Assembly (NCBI GenBank): GCA_951406725.2
Contig: OX597822.1
Span: forward strand, 92,628,001-92,692,000
DNA: 64,000 nt
Direction: 5' to 3'
DNA from: Octopus vulgaris
Lineage: Eukaryota
In this document: positions 44,262-57,170 of the stretch, piece by piece
Layout of the letters: each line of letters opens with the position of its first letter
Numbering within the stretch: the stretch's first letter is position 1
Made by a program: the position numbers and the translations under genes
Notes under the pieces: model-generated
The model's database searches: none
What the model saw: the letters and a program-made list of their open reading frames with translations, nothing else
Told to the model about the DNA's origin: nothing

Positions 44262-44690
44262 CGTGGAGGCCGAGGGGAAGACGTTCAAGGCCCTCGTGGA
44301 TACGGGCTGTACGACCACCCTTGTGACTTCAAGGGTGACGAAGAAATGGAACGGGGCAAGTGGCGTCCGGGCGGTCGACGGCAGCGAAATCCGTTGCAGA
44401 GGCAGCAGCAAGGTAGAGATAGTGGTGCGCGGCGCGACGTTAAGGTAATTGTGGATGAACGCGTGATAGATGGGGTTGATGTGGTGATGGGGATGGACGC
44501 CATCAACCACCTCGGTGGCGTCAGTATTGTGGGAGATGAGGTCACGTTCGGAAGCGTGGGGGCATCGTGCACTGCGAGTCAGGATCGCCAGAGAGAGCAG
44601 AGCTCCGCGAGGGACTGCGCCGCCTACACCATCGAGGACAAAGACTTTCTGGCGGCGTTCAATGGTCAGCGGTGGACGATAGAGTGGCGA
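44194..44690 (+). pseudogene. Retropepsin aspartic protease, frameshifted
   Basis: ALVDTG catalytic motif in one frame and DVVMGMD in another; frame changes near 44445 and 44690. Confidence 0.88.
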
Positions 44691-46990
44691 TGCTGAAAAA
44701 CAGAGTGAGCTGTTACCAGCATATTCTGAAAGGCCACGCCAGGGTTGAGTTTGAAGACGAGGTGGAGAGGTGGATCGAGGAAGGGGTCCTTGTCTCTTGG
44801 GAGGAGGAGGTAGCGGGCGGAGTGCTACCCCTGATGGCGGTGGTGCAGCCTACGAAGGGAAAAGTCAGACCGGTGCTGGACTTCAGGGAGCTAAACCAGC
44901 ATTTATCGTGTCACACGGAAGGTGAGGCGACAGACGTTTGTGGTGAGACGTTACGTGCGTGGAGACAGTCGACCAAGGCAGCGACGATTGTCGACTTGAA
45001 ATCGGCATACTTGCAGCTCCATGTGAGTGACAAACTGCGGCGATATCAGCTGGTGCGATACAAAGGCCGGACGTACTGTTTAACCAGGCTGGGTTTCGGG
45101 CTGAATTCCGCTCCGAAGATCATGGCGGCAGTGCTTAAGTCCGTCCTAGGGAAAGACGGCAAGATTAGAAAGGCTACCAGCTCCTACATTGACGACATTT
45201 TGGTGGACGAAACTGTAGTGCCAGCCAACGAGGTAGTTAGACATCTGGAGAAGTTCGGACTGATTGCGAAGCCACCGGAGTCGATGGAAGGAGGAGCCGC
45301 GCTGGGGATGAAGCTGCGAAAAGATAGATCGGGTGAATTGGTGTTCCGGAGAGGGAATGAAATCCCAGAGCTGAGTTCCAGCGTCAGCAGGAGAGAGCTG
45401 TTCTCGGTGTGTGGGAAGTTGGTCGGTCACTACCCGATCGCTGGATGGCTGCGCACGGCGTGCAGTTACACCAAGAGACAAGCGGAGGGGGAGAGTTGGG
45501 GCGACAAGGTGGGAGAAGGGACAGTGGCGATGATGCAGGAAATCCTAGAGAGGACGAGAGCGGAAGACCCGGTCAGGGGGAACTGGTACGTGCCCAAGAC
45601 GGACTGCGGGAGCGTCTGGTGTGATGCTAGTAGTATAGCGATAGGGGTTGTGTTGGCAATCGAAGGGGCTGCGGTGGAGGACGCGGCCTGGCTTCGGAAA
45701 GCAGATGACTTCAACCACATCAATGTCGCCGAATTAGATGCGGTGCTGATAGGGGTGAACTTGGCCCTGAAATGGAAGCTGCGCACAATTGAAATCCGGA
45801 CGGATTCGGCCACTGTGCTTGGCTGGGTAGGATCGGTGATCACCGGTGAAAGGAGAATGCGGACGAAAGGTGCCGCGGAGATGTTAGTGAAGCGACGTCT
45901 AGGAGTTCTAGGTGAATTGATCGCCGAGTTCGGACTGAAGCTGAACGTGGTTTTCGTGTCTTCGGAGAAAAACAGGGACGCACTGACCAGGGTGAAAAGA
46001 GCGTGGTTGGAAGAACCGGAGGAGGCCCGGAAAGGGATAGCTGCGGCGTGTCGGTTGGATGACTCTGAACTGAAGAGACTGCATGCTATGCATCACCTGG
46101 GTGTGGACAGGACCCTGTATCTGGCGAAGAAAATTGATGCTGACGTCACTAGGAGAAGCATCCGGAAAGTGGTTGGGAGCTGCGACAGGTGTCAGTCCAT
46201 CGACCCTGCTCCGTTTGGGCATGAGCAGGGAAACCTTTCGGTGGAGCACAACTGGAAAAGGCTAACTGTGGATGTGACGCACTACCGTCAGGGTATGTAT
46301 CTCTCCATGGTCGACTGCGGGCCGGGCCGGCTGGCCATTTGGAGGGAGTTGAGAACGGGCATTGCTGACGAGATCGCGCAGATCTTGAACGAGATATTTT
46401 TAGAGAGAGGTCCCGTGGAAGAACTGCTGATGGACAACGGGGCGGCGTTTCGTTCGGAAGCATTGAGGGTTATGCTTGATCGGTGGAAGGTGCGTCGCTT
46501 GTTCAGAGCAACGTATAGGCCGAGCGGTAACGGGATCGTAGAGAGGCACCATCTGACAGTCAAGGCCATAGCGGAAAGAGGGCACATTTCGCCGCTTGAA
46601 GCAGTTTTTTGGTACAACTTGTCTCTCCGATCCGGACAAGCTGAGTAATCTGTGCCGCAGAGAGCTGTATTTAAATATGAACTGAGGCACCCGAGCAAAG
46701 CGCCGGAGGGCCACGAGGAAGAGAAGGGGCCCGTTTGCGTGAAAATAGGGGAGGAAGTCTGGGTTAAGCCACCAAAGGCGCGCTGTACGTCTCAATGGAG
46801 CAGAGGAACAGTGACGGCGGTCAATTCCAGAAACAACGTCTCTGTGGATGGAATGCCGCGACACGTCTTGGACCTTCGCAGGATTGTCGCTTCGACGGAC
46901 AACCATTGTGGAGAGGGGGAGAATGAGGTGCCCAGCTTGAGAAGATCTCGACGCGCAAGGCGCCCTCCCTGCTGGATGGTGGACTACGAC
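44690..46990 (+). pseudogene. pol: Gypsy pol: reverse transcriptase, RNase H, integrase
   Basis: RPVLDFRELN, LGFGLNSAP, YIDD; VWCDASS; HH..CDRC; VDV/MDNG/IVER integrase triad; in-frame TAA at 46646-46648 followed by in-frame C-terminal domain and RRSRR..PPCWMVDY tail. Confidence 0.93.
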
Positions 46991-47014
46991 ATGATCTTTA
47001 AGATCAGGGTGGCG

Positions 47015-47257
47015 TGTAGGATGACGTCAGCAGCTGGGGAGCTGACCGGGAGGGGCAGCGCGCGGGGGATTCTACCTTTTCGAGTCAGGTCGCCGAGGGG
47101 CTAAGACGGGTCATCACGTTGTTAAGGTTGGGTGAAGCAGCTGCTATCTCTAGCGTTCGGGTCGGGCTGTGTTGAAGGATCCGTTACCGTTGAAGGGTCT
47201 CCATCTGAGCGAAGAGAAGGTAGGTGCCTTTATTTCGAATCTCTCGCATACACCACA
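47015..47257 (+). repeat. 3' LTR of Gypsy element A
   Basis: Starts TGT right after aagatcagggtggcg; ends in CA at 47252 or 47257; integrase-like sequence resumes immediately after. Confidence 0.6.
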
Positions 47258-47863
47258 GGAACAATAACCCCCATCAATTCGAAGAACAACGTCTCTGTCG
47301 ATGGTATGCCACGCCACGTTTTGGATGAACATAAGATTGTCCATGCCTCAGAGGATGGAACCAGCAGCAGTGGGCAAGAAGATGAAGACAACGACAGTAG
47401 GCAAGAAGATGAAGATAACATCAGTAGACAAGATGATGAAGCCAGCAGCAACATGTCAGGAACTCAGGCCAGTCCTAGGGACGCACTGTGACCACAGAGG
47501 GAGCGGCACCTTCCTCCCTGGTTGGCTGATTATGAAACCAGTTAAGGTGTGAGTTCGGGAGCGAGGAGTGAGTTGGAAAGCCGGTTGAGTGATCTGTAGA
47601 TCAGGTGGGGGGGCGTGTGGTGTTAGCGGTGTTATGGGCTGTGATGAGCTATGTGGTGTTGGTGGAGAGGATGACAGATGAGGTGGGCGGAAGTAAGGCT
47701 TGCAGGGGACGGCGGAAGAGTGAAAGGCTCATGCGTGGTCAGGAAGCACGTGTGGTCAGCAAGCTCGTGTGGTCAGTTTCAGCAAAGAGCGCAGGTAAGG
47801 CCTTTTGTATTTCTTTCTCCCGTTGCTTCTTTTTCTGCTGTCCTTTTCCTCCATCACACTACA
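47258..47863 (+). mobile_element. 3' remnant of a second, related Gypsy element B (integrase tail, PPT, LTR 47616-47863)
   Basis: GTITPINSKNNVSVDGMPRHVLD is homologous to the element A tail; PPWLADYE; agatcaggtgggggggcg then TGTGGTG...CACTACA. Confidence 0.8.
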
Positions 47864-48922
47864 CCGTCTAAGCAAATTTTGTTGCTGGGTCACTGCGTGC
47901 ACTTGTACAAAAGTGTGCCCCTCGCCACGTAACTTTGTTTCCTCATAACTCTCCTAAAATGGATATTTTCTAATGAAATTTTCTAAAAATACTTTTGATA
48001 TATTGTAGATAGCGATTATATTGGCATTTGTTATGAATTTAAAAAAACCGATAAGTGAGCACCACACATATCTTCTAAAATGAAACTTGGAATTTTGAAA
48101 AAAAAAACTGTGGTCCGTGTCAGCATGTGTGCGACCACAGATTCTATTTTTCCACATATTTTCCCGATATAATTGTAATATATATCATACGAAATGTATT
48201 TGTATAAAATTTCATTATAAAATGCCCATTTTCTTTACGTAATGAAGAAACAAAATCATTTGTGTGTGGGGCCCATTTGTGTATGTATGCCATGCTTAGC
48301 CGCGTATCACGCTTTGTCATATATATTTCAAACGCTTTTAATAACTAGAGAATACAAGCTGCGGAAATATAAACAGACATAATGGATTTTCACATTTGTA
48401 ATCTTCAGTAAAAACAAATTCTGGTCTTAATTACGTCTACACGACACATTGTAAGACAAATGTTTACATTACACCGGTGTTTAATAATTGTTCCCAATGT
48501 AAATATAGTCCTCTGTTGAAGTTACACATCTAAATTTAGCAAAATGATACATTATTAGTTTACCTACTCATCAAAAGTAATTTTCATTTTTTTTCTTTAA
48601 AAGGAAAATGACAAATGAAAGAATAAATTAAAATATGTTGTCAATCCACTCGTATTGATACATATAAAATTCCCTTTCCACACTTTTTAAACATTATTTA
48701 TTTAAAATTTAAATAATTAATCCAACAAGGATTGCCAAACTAAATACACAACACTAGAAGTTAGTGATTATTTAAATTATGTTTCAAACAAGGAAAGCTG
48801 TTGAAATAAAATTTTCCTTCCTCGGTTTAATTGAAATTTCAGATGTTTTAGTTTTCCATTGTTATTCCATTCATTTTTAAAATATGTTAAAGAAAATTTA
48901 TTCTGCAGGAAATCAATGCAGA

Positions 48923-49020
48923 AAATGTTAATGGTTAAAATGTTAATGGTTAAATGTTAATGGTTAAAATGTTAATGGTTAAATGTTAAATGTTAATGGT
49001 TAAAATGTTAATGGTTAAAT
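48923..49020. repeat. Tandem repeat of about 15 bp (aaaatgttaatggtt)
   Basis: About six adjacent copies visible. Confidence 0.9.
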
Positions 49021-49971
49021 CAAATTAAAATCGTAATTGAAAATGAATTTCTTAAAAATCGCTAAAAGTGTTTATTTTCTTTAAATTGAATTTAGATTCC
49101 AGTTCGAGTTTAAATTTGATTTTCTTCCACGATTTTTGGTTGATGAAAACATATCACTTTTAATGAAATGAAAAGGGCATTCTTCGTTGAAATGTCTAAT
49201 GGGAATACAACCGAAGGAACACAGATGAAAGGAAAAGTTATCATCGAAATTTTCATCACAAGTTTCAAAAATATTTCATTAAGATTTTCCAGTTTTCCTA
49301 GAATGATGATTGACTTAATAATTATTGCGTTTTCTTCAATATTTCTGAGAACTTTCTCTAAAAATAAATCATTAAAGTAGATGTGGTTTAAATTTAGAAT
49401 ATGGAATTTAGTGTCTTCGACAAATATAAACAAAAATCTGTAATACACAACATACGAAAGTAAAGGTGGAAATAATTCTTTCGTTCGGACACGACGAAAG
49501 TAATGATGTGGAAGTTTCTTTTAAGCAGCAGACATGAGCAGTGGTGGGAGGGTGATTGATATACAACTCATACATACACACACACATGCATACACATATA
49601 CGCACACACATACGCTGAAACAGAAACACACACTGATACACGTACGCACGATACACACATACACACAAGCAAATGCAGACAGATTCATACATACACACTC
49701 TTATAGACAACACAAATACACATACACACAGAAAGACAGACATACAAATCTACGTACCCAGACCTGCGATACATATACATAAAAACGCGCGCGCGCACAT
49801 ACACATACGCACGCACACATACACACACGTACAAACATGCTGATACAGGTGCACATCATATACACATGATACACACAGACACAGTGACAAACGCATGCAT
49901 ACTAACACACACGGCAAAACAACACTAACACACACACACACATACATTCACACCCCATAGACATACACACA

Positions 49972-50012
<41 letters not shown>

Positions 50013-50906
50013 ACACACAGAGTCACCATTCACACATACATTCACAAACTGGACCAATGCTAATACACATATACATATGCATTCCCATATAAAATATCTC
50101 AGTTCTTGTTTGTTCCCGCGTCTTAACCTTCTCAAATCACCCGCGGTTACGCCGCGAATATTTTGGGTTGTCTCAACATTTTTAGATGGGAATACCCGTG
50201 TCCCCTGCTGTGATGAATTATTGAGGAAGCGTGCCTGTCTACTGATTTCTTTTATTTTCTTTACCATTTTCGTACTGCTTACTCTTGTAAATCCTGTTCA
50301 TTTTCGAATAATGAATAATGAATATGCTATTTTTTCCTCGTTCAGTGCAATAGAAGTAGCATTAGATTAAAACAGCAATCTGTGTATCATACTCAATGCA
50401 AATACATCACAAAAGGTCAAATTAGCTGCGGTATTCGTCTGGAGGTAATATCTCTGTAATCTGCTGAAAATAGCACATTACTTTGGGTATATATGTTCTC
50501 ACTGAAATGACTGTAGTACCTAACGAAGAACTTATTTAAACAATCACCTGAAGAGGTTCATTTAACACCTTGGATATATGATGTTTACACAACGTCTTAC
50601 CAATGTACTGAAGATGTAAACATGTGTCGAAACAATTGTAGGGATTTTAAACAAAGAATGTCGTTCTTTCCATTTTCTATTATTTACCTATAATCTTTTA
50701 TCTTTTATTTGTTTCAGCCATTTGACTGCGGCCGTGCTGGGGCACCGCCTAAGAGAATTTTTTGTTGAATAAATCGACTCCCAGTATTTATTTTTTCAGC
50801 CTGGTATTTATTCCATCGGTCTCTATTGTCGAACCGCTACGTTATAGGACGTAAACACACCAGCACCGGTTGTCAAGCAGTGCTGAAAGACAAACGCTGT
50901 CACAAA

Positions 50907-50982
<76 letters not shown>

Positions 50983-51094
50983 GGCTTCTTTCAGTTTCTG
51001 TCTACCAATTTCACTCGCAAAACTTTGCACGAATACTGTTTCCGTTGCTAAGAGCGATTTTTTTTTATCCAGCCTGCCGGCTAATTCTTTTATA

Positions 51095-51485
51095 CCCTAG
51101 GTACAAGGCCCGAAATTTTTGGAGAGTGGTGGGGGCAGTCAATTAGATCGACCCCAATACGCAACAGGTACTTAATTTATCGACCACAAAAGGATGAAAG
51201 GCAAAGTCGACCTCCGCGGAATTTGAACTTAGAACGTAGAGACAGATGAAATACCTATTTCTTTACTACCCACAAGGGGCTAAACACAGAGGGGTCAAAC
51301 AAGGACAGACAAACGGATTAAGTTGATTATATCGACCCCAGTGCGTAACTGGTACTTAATTTACCGATTCCGAAAGGATGAAAGGCAAAGTCGACCTCGA
51401 CGGAATTAGAACTCAGAACGTAACGGCAGACGAAATACGGCTAAGCATTTCGCCCGGCGTGCTAACGATTCTGCTGGCTTGCCGT
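51095..51485 (-). mobile_element. SINE family B with Deu/Nin-like domain; other copies about 6783-6990, 8665-9078, 11680-11893, 25795-25964, 26550-26780, 27600-27820, 59940-60085, 61685-62045
   Basis: Repeated gagttcaaattccgccgaggtcgactttgcctttcatcctttcggggtcgat; the copy at 26550-26780 has a 16-bp TSD atagaatgtaaatatt. Confidence 0.88.
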
Positions 51486-51519
51486 CGGGTAATTGCAATA
51501 CTCTTTTACTCACTTTTTT

Positions 51520-51893
51520 ACTCTTTTACTTGTTTCAGTCATTTAACTGCGGCCATGCTGGAGCACCGCCTTTAGTCGAGCAAATCGACCCCAGGACTTA
51601 TTCTTTGTAAGCCTAGTACTTATTCTATCGGTCTTTTGCCGAACCGCTAAGTTACGGGGACGTAAACACACCAGCATCGGTTGTCAAGTGATGTTGGGGG
51701 GAGGGGGACAAACACACACACACTTATATACGACGGGCTTCTTTCAGTTTCCGTCTACCAAATCCACTCTCAAGGCTTTTTGTCGGTCCGAGGCTATAGC
51801 AGAAGACACTTGCCGCAGGTGTCATGCAGTGGGACTGAACCCGGAACTATGTGGTTGGTAAGCAAGCTACTTAACACACAGCCACTCCTGTGC
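51520..51893 (-). mobile_element. tRNA-derived SINE family A (head ggagtggctgtgtggtaag); other copies about 1501-1655, 1701-2190, 14215-14550, 19755-20097, 20288-20662, 26821-27395, 36050-36660, 50700-51020
   Basis: Many dispersed similar copies with B-box-like GGTTCAGTCCC and a CORE-like cttgggcaagtgtctt segment. Confidence 0.9.
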
Positions 51894-51989
51894 CTAGAAT
51901 TTGCAATACCTGTAATTTGTTAATCACTTTTTTTTCTTTATCAATAGTGACTAAATTTATCTTGGCATTCAGTTAATAATGGATGTTTA

Positions 51990-52028
51990 CTACTGACGAT
52001 GCTCAAAAAAGCAGAAATACGTATTTAG
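51990..52028 (+). ncRNA. Hammerhead ribozyme-like motif
   Basis: CTA CTGACGA TGCT-CAAAAA-AGCA GAAA TACGTA TT TAG: full core, 4-bp helix II, palindromic helix III, 3-bp helix I. Confidence 0.55.
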
Positions 52029-52364
52029 CCATTTCATCGCCGCTACTAGACACTTTTCATCCATTACTGATATATTTTTGCGTCGTGACGGTTATCGTAT
52101 TTTCCAGACTTTCAACATATATACGTGAAGTATTCTATGTATGTATGTATGTATGTATGTATGTATGTATGTATGTATGTATGTATGTATGTATGTATGT
52201 ATGTATGTTTCTATCTATATACACAACGGGCTTCTTTCAGTTTCCATTTTCCAAATCCACTTAAAAGGCTTTGTTTGGTCTAGCGCTATAGAAAAGGACA
52301 CTTGCCCAAGATGCTACGCAGATGGGAAATCTCACCGTTTACATACGTATACATACACATATCT

Positions 52365-53600
52365 CATTCAGTGGCTTCTCAGAGCTGTTCATAGTGTCAA
52401 GAACATGAAAGGCCACGAGGATCAGAGATTCATGTGACACAAAAGTAGCAGGAGTTGGCATTGAAGTTCGTACAGGTAGCAAGCGGAATGCTGCAAATAG
52501 CAGAGGAACAGTCGAGGCAGAGGGCTCTAGTCGGAACTGTGGCGATAGCGTACTCAGACCTGAATTATTAAAAAAAAACACCAGATTGGAAGCACCAAAG
52601 AGAAAGAGCGACAGCATCTCCTCCAAGGGGAAGTCCTCACAGATGTAGAAGAAGTAAGGGCGGGCAGGATGAACAAAGAACCCGGACCAGCCGGCCCAAC
52701 ATACAGCAGTGGAAAATTACTTAGTCGTGTCTCCGGTGGACTGACATCCAGCATATCAAATTTCTAATCTAGGTTGTCTGCAACACCATGCCGAGTCTCA
52801 CAAACCTTCACAGTTGGAGTGAAACACCATCCTGTCCTGTATGTAAAAAAATAAAGTAAAAGAGGTGATCTCCTCAGTATCTTCTCAACAGCTGCCCCAG
52901 AGCCTTAGCCGATGGCCGCTACCGCTAGCAGCATGACAAGGTGCCCAGGGCGGTTGAGGATGTAATATCGACAGCTATTCATTCAGTAAATACCACCCCA
53001 GGAAAGAGGCCATAACTTTTTTTCTGAGTTGGAGAGAAATCCAGTTCACAAACGCTCCAACGACAATCGTACCTACTTTCCATAGTCCCAGACTGGCAGG
53101 TGAGAGTGGTTCTCGTGGAACAGTTAAAGTTCCCAGATCATATAGTATCAACAACACTCCGACCAGACATAGCAATCTCCTCAAATTCCACCAAACAGGT
53201 GATCATGTGGTAACCGACCGTTCCTTTATAGGATCACATGGAGGAAGCATGAGATGAAGCTTGCTGAATACCAGGAGCTGGTAGAGTAATTCAGGAATCA
53301 GGTCTGAGAAACACGTTGCGAGGCACTAGAAGTAGCCTGTTGAGATTTGTACGACGAAGCTCTGACTGGGTTTGGAGTTACTGGTGCAGCAAAGAGGAGA
53401 GCTATAAATTTCATCACTGAAGCTGCAGAGAAGGCCATTAGGTGGTTTTGGGATTAAGAGGATTAACTTGTGGTTTGGTTCTATTGGGATGTAAGATGGG
53501 ACTTGATTATCCCTAGCTGGGTCAACTTGGAAAGGAGATCTGATGTTGAAAGTACTGAAACTCTTTGAGACTCCAGAAACATCAATGACGATGCATTCCA
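52365..53600 (+). mobile_element. Degenerate HERO-like RLE non-LTR retrotransposon 3' part
   Basis: Translated pieces GIEVRTG, SCPRALADGRYR*QHDKV, LRPDIAIS, TVP..HMEEA..KLAEYQELV; many stops and frameshifts. Confidence 0.7.
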
Positions 53601-55037
53601 TCTCAAAACTATATGTATATATGCCTATGTGTCTACTTTGTGTTTGTTGCCTTACCGCTTGACAACTGGTGTTGGCTTGTTCACATCCCTCTCAGCATTT
53701 CGGCAAAAGATATCGATAAACACTAGACTTAAGAAATAAATCCTATAGCCAACTTAAGCGACTAATAGGCGGCACTCCAGTATGACTGGTGTCCAATGAC
53801 TGAAATAAGTGAAAGATCAAGGACGACAGATATAAAAGAAAAAAAAAATATTTTCGAAACAACCAAAAAACTTCAGGAAGGGAGAGTGACATCCCCACAA
53901 TACCCCAGTTTTTTTTAGTTTTTTTTATCGCATAATGGTTATCAACGATGCTTAAAGCATTCACATCTGAAGAAATTACGGTTGTCGGCTTGTCACATAA
54001 ATTTCGACTCAGGTCTTTTGGTACTCCTTATTCTTTAGTCACGCGTAGGCACTGATTGAATAGATCTATAATCAAATGCGTTCCAGCCGTGATCGTCATG
54101 TCTTCTGAGGGTAGTCTTCCAACCCCAACCCCGGCTTCGTTATCCAATGTGTCCTCCGTTTTATAAAACTGTAGAAAGAATAATTTGAAGTAGACTTGCC
54201 TACTGTTTCTAGCAGGGCGAGTGACCACAGGGAACATCCCTCGTCGACTCAATTTCGAATATCATTCTTGTTTACATATGTTCAATTGTACACGCTAACA
54301 CACACACACACATTTAACATACATATAGACTCTATCTGACGCATACACATGCACACAAATCACATTCTCTCACATCTACGCACACACATTCAGAGACTTT
54401 CTCTCTCTCTCTCACACACACATACACAGAGAATCTGTCACATCTACACACACACACACAGAATCTGCCACATCCACACACACACGTGCACTCAAATAGA
54501 TTCTTTTTGTTACACACACATACACACATGCAAACAGACAATCTCAGATACAAACTCACTCTTCTCTCTCTCTTTTCTCTTATGCACATACACAGATTCC
54601 CTCGTTCTCCCATTCTCTCTCTCTCTCTCTCTTCCTCACACACACACACACACACCAGTCTTTCCCATCTGTCGCGGCTAAGTGCCAGAGTTTAGGGCTC
54701 TCCGTTAATCATCTCTGCCCCACTTCATTCTTTGATGTCATCCACCTATATTTTCATTTGTCTGTCATTATTTCTTCTTCTCTCCACAGTTCTTCGAAGA
54801 ATGATCTGAGCAGTTATCCTTTCTCACGCGATTATCGTGCATGTGTTTGTATGTGTGTGTGTTTGTGTGTATTTGTATATGCGTATGTATGCATGTGTGT
54901 GTGAGTGTGTGTGTGTGTGTGAATGTCTCGGCAGTGCCCCACGACTCGATTGGGAGATGAGGAGCGAAGAAAGTAAGGAAAGAAAAGGAATTGCCATGCT
55001 CAGAAAGTTAATTGTATTGTGTTGGTGCACGTGTACC

Positions 55038-55097
<60 letters not shown>

Positions 55098-55225
55098 GTG
55101 GAGGTGCGAGTATGTGATTGGAAAAAAAAATAATTTAAAACAAAAGCGAAATCAGAAATTTATCATAGCATTTTCGTCAAAGAAAAGAGTAAAGGATAGT
55201 ATTTCATTTAGTAAGGTATAATTCA

Positions 55226-55280
<55 letters not shown>

Positions 55281-55334
55281 GTATATATGTATATACATTT
55301 TTTACATGTACATGCATATACGATTGTGGTTATA

Positions 55335-55448
<114 letters not shown>

Positions 55449-55552
55449 CACATATGTGTGTTTATGTGTACGCACGTGTGTATTTATATATTATGTGTGT
55501 GTATATCTATTCTTCCAGAGATATTTGAAACATATATATATACACACATACA

Positions 55553-55596
<44 letters not shown>

Positions 55597-55766
55597 CATA
55601 CACACTTACACATGATGTGTTCATGTGTCACAAAATTATACACACAGCCCCATTGATATAAATAAATATATATATACATATTTATGTCTACACACACACG
55701 TACGCACACACACACATGTATATACGTATGTATGTATGTATGTATTTATGTATGTATGCATATGTG

Positions 55767-55801
<35 letters not shown>

Positions 55802-55804
55802 ATA

Positions 55805-55858
<54 letters not shown>

Positions 55859-56126
55859 GTATGTATTGTATTGTATATATATAGCTCGAGCTGCGAGTCT
55901 AAATAACTCTACATCTCCAACACACATATAACCTACATAACAGCTGACTTTAAAGCTACGAAACTACCTCAACTCCCAGCTTTACTTGAAACCCGTCCAT
56001 TTTTTTAATCACTCTCCACAAGCGACATGTCGACCGCTTAAACGTCGCAGAGAGACAAATCAAGTTTATATTAAACTTGACATCATAGTATTATTAATAA
56101 AATAGTGACACAGACTATGGGATACC

Positions 56127-56177
56127 ATGGACGACCAAGCGGAAAGACTCAAGAAATTAAAAGCTGGCAAAGAGAAA
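56127..56177 (+). CDS. AKAP9: First coding exon of an AKAP9/pericentrin-family coiled-coil protein (MDDQAERLKKLKAGKEK)
   Basis: accATGG start, phase 0 donor AAA|gtaagt; peptide resembles the AKAP9 N-terminus MEDEERQKKLEAGKAK. Only 17 codons, so a golgin-type N-terminus is not excluded. No further exons recognised in the window. Confidence 0.6.
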
Positions 56178-56431
56178 GTAAGTGTGTTCATTTGGTGTCC
56201 GTTTCGTTGATTTTTTTTTGTTGTGGTTTTGTCATCGTCTTCGGTTTATAGAATCTTAAACACACGCACATTATATATATTCATATCCACGTTATATATA
56301 CTGCCTGTAGACACACCATATGCATATGTGTGTGTATATATATGTATATATATATACATATATACCTGTATAATATATGCGTGTATGTGTATATATATAT
56401 ATATATAGGTACTACTGTGTGTGTATGTATG

Positions 56432-56464
<33 letters not shown>

Positions 56465-56557
56465 GTACACAGACATATATGTATATATAATGTGTATGTT
56501 TGTATGTGTACATGTCTATACTGAAATATGTTTGTGAAATTATATATTCATACACAC

Positions 56558-56595
<38 letters not shown>

Positions 56596-56667
56596 ATCTG
56601 TCTGTCTGTCTATCCATCTATCTATCTGTCTGTATATCCATCCATCTATCTATCTGTCTGTATATCC

Positions 56668-56723
<56 letters not shown>

Positions 56724-57025
56724 GTCTGTATATCCATCTATCTATCTATCGATGTGTGTGTTGATGGCCGAGTGCACTTACTAATTATATACCGATCTTC
56801 AGTATATGTCTACGTACACGGACACTTTAATCATATTCTATGCACGCATACACCTATACACACACACACACGCACATAAACACTCGCTGTCACTCTATAT
56901 ACGCACATGTATCCATACGGAGGTCTCGTTACGATCAACGTTCAAGTCTTGAGCAAGTCGATATTGTCCTTGAAGGTCTATAAAATACATACCAGTAATA
57001 TATTGATCAATTCAATATCCTGTGC

Positions 57026-57170
57026 CAGTCATGGGAAAAACTGCGGCCCGCTGGACTTTCAGACTGGCACGCCTAACAAAATTACCTTGAGAATTTTTAA
57101 ATAGTGCGGCCCGTCTGATGATGAGCCATGTCTGATGCGGCCCGCTTCTCAAGAAAGGTTGCCCGTGCTG
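57026..57170. mobile_element. hAT-like MITE
   Basis: Ends CAGTCATGGG / GCCCGTGCTG with three internal GCGGCCCG motifs. Confidence 0.55.

Larger units (their letters stand above)
43719..47257 (+). mobile_element. 5'-truncated Ty3/Gypsy LTR retrotransposon (element A) with 3' LTR
   Basis: GC-rich block; domain order gag-PR-RT-RH-INT; purine-rich tract followed by TGT at 47015; no 5' LTR seen. Confidence 0.95.

Noticed and set aside
43719-47130. Bacterial contamination or horizontal transfer suggested by high GC
   Set aside because: Fully explained by Gypsy domains; antisense ORFs are GC-rich shadows.
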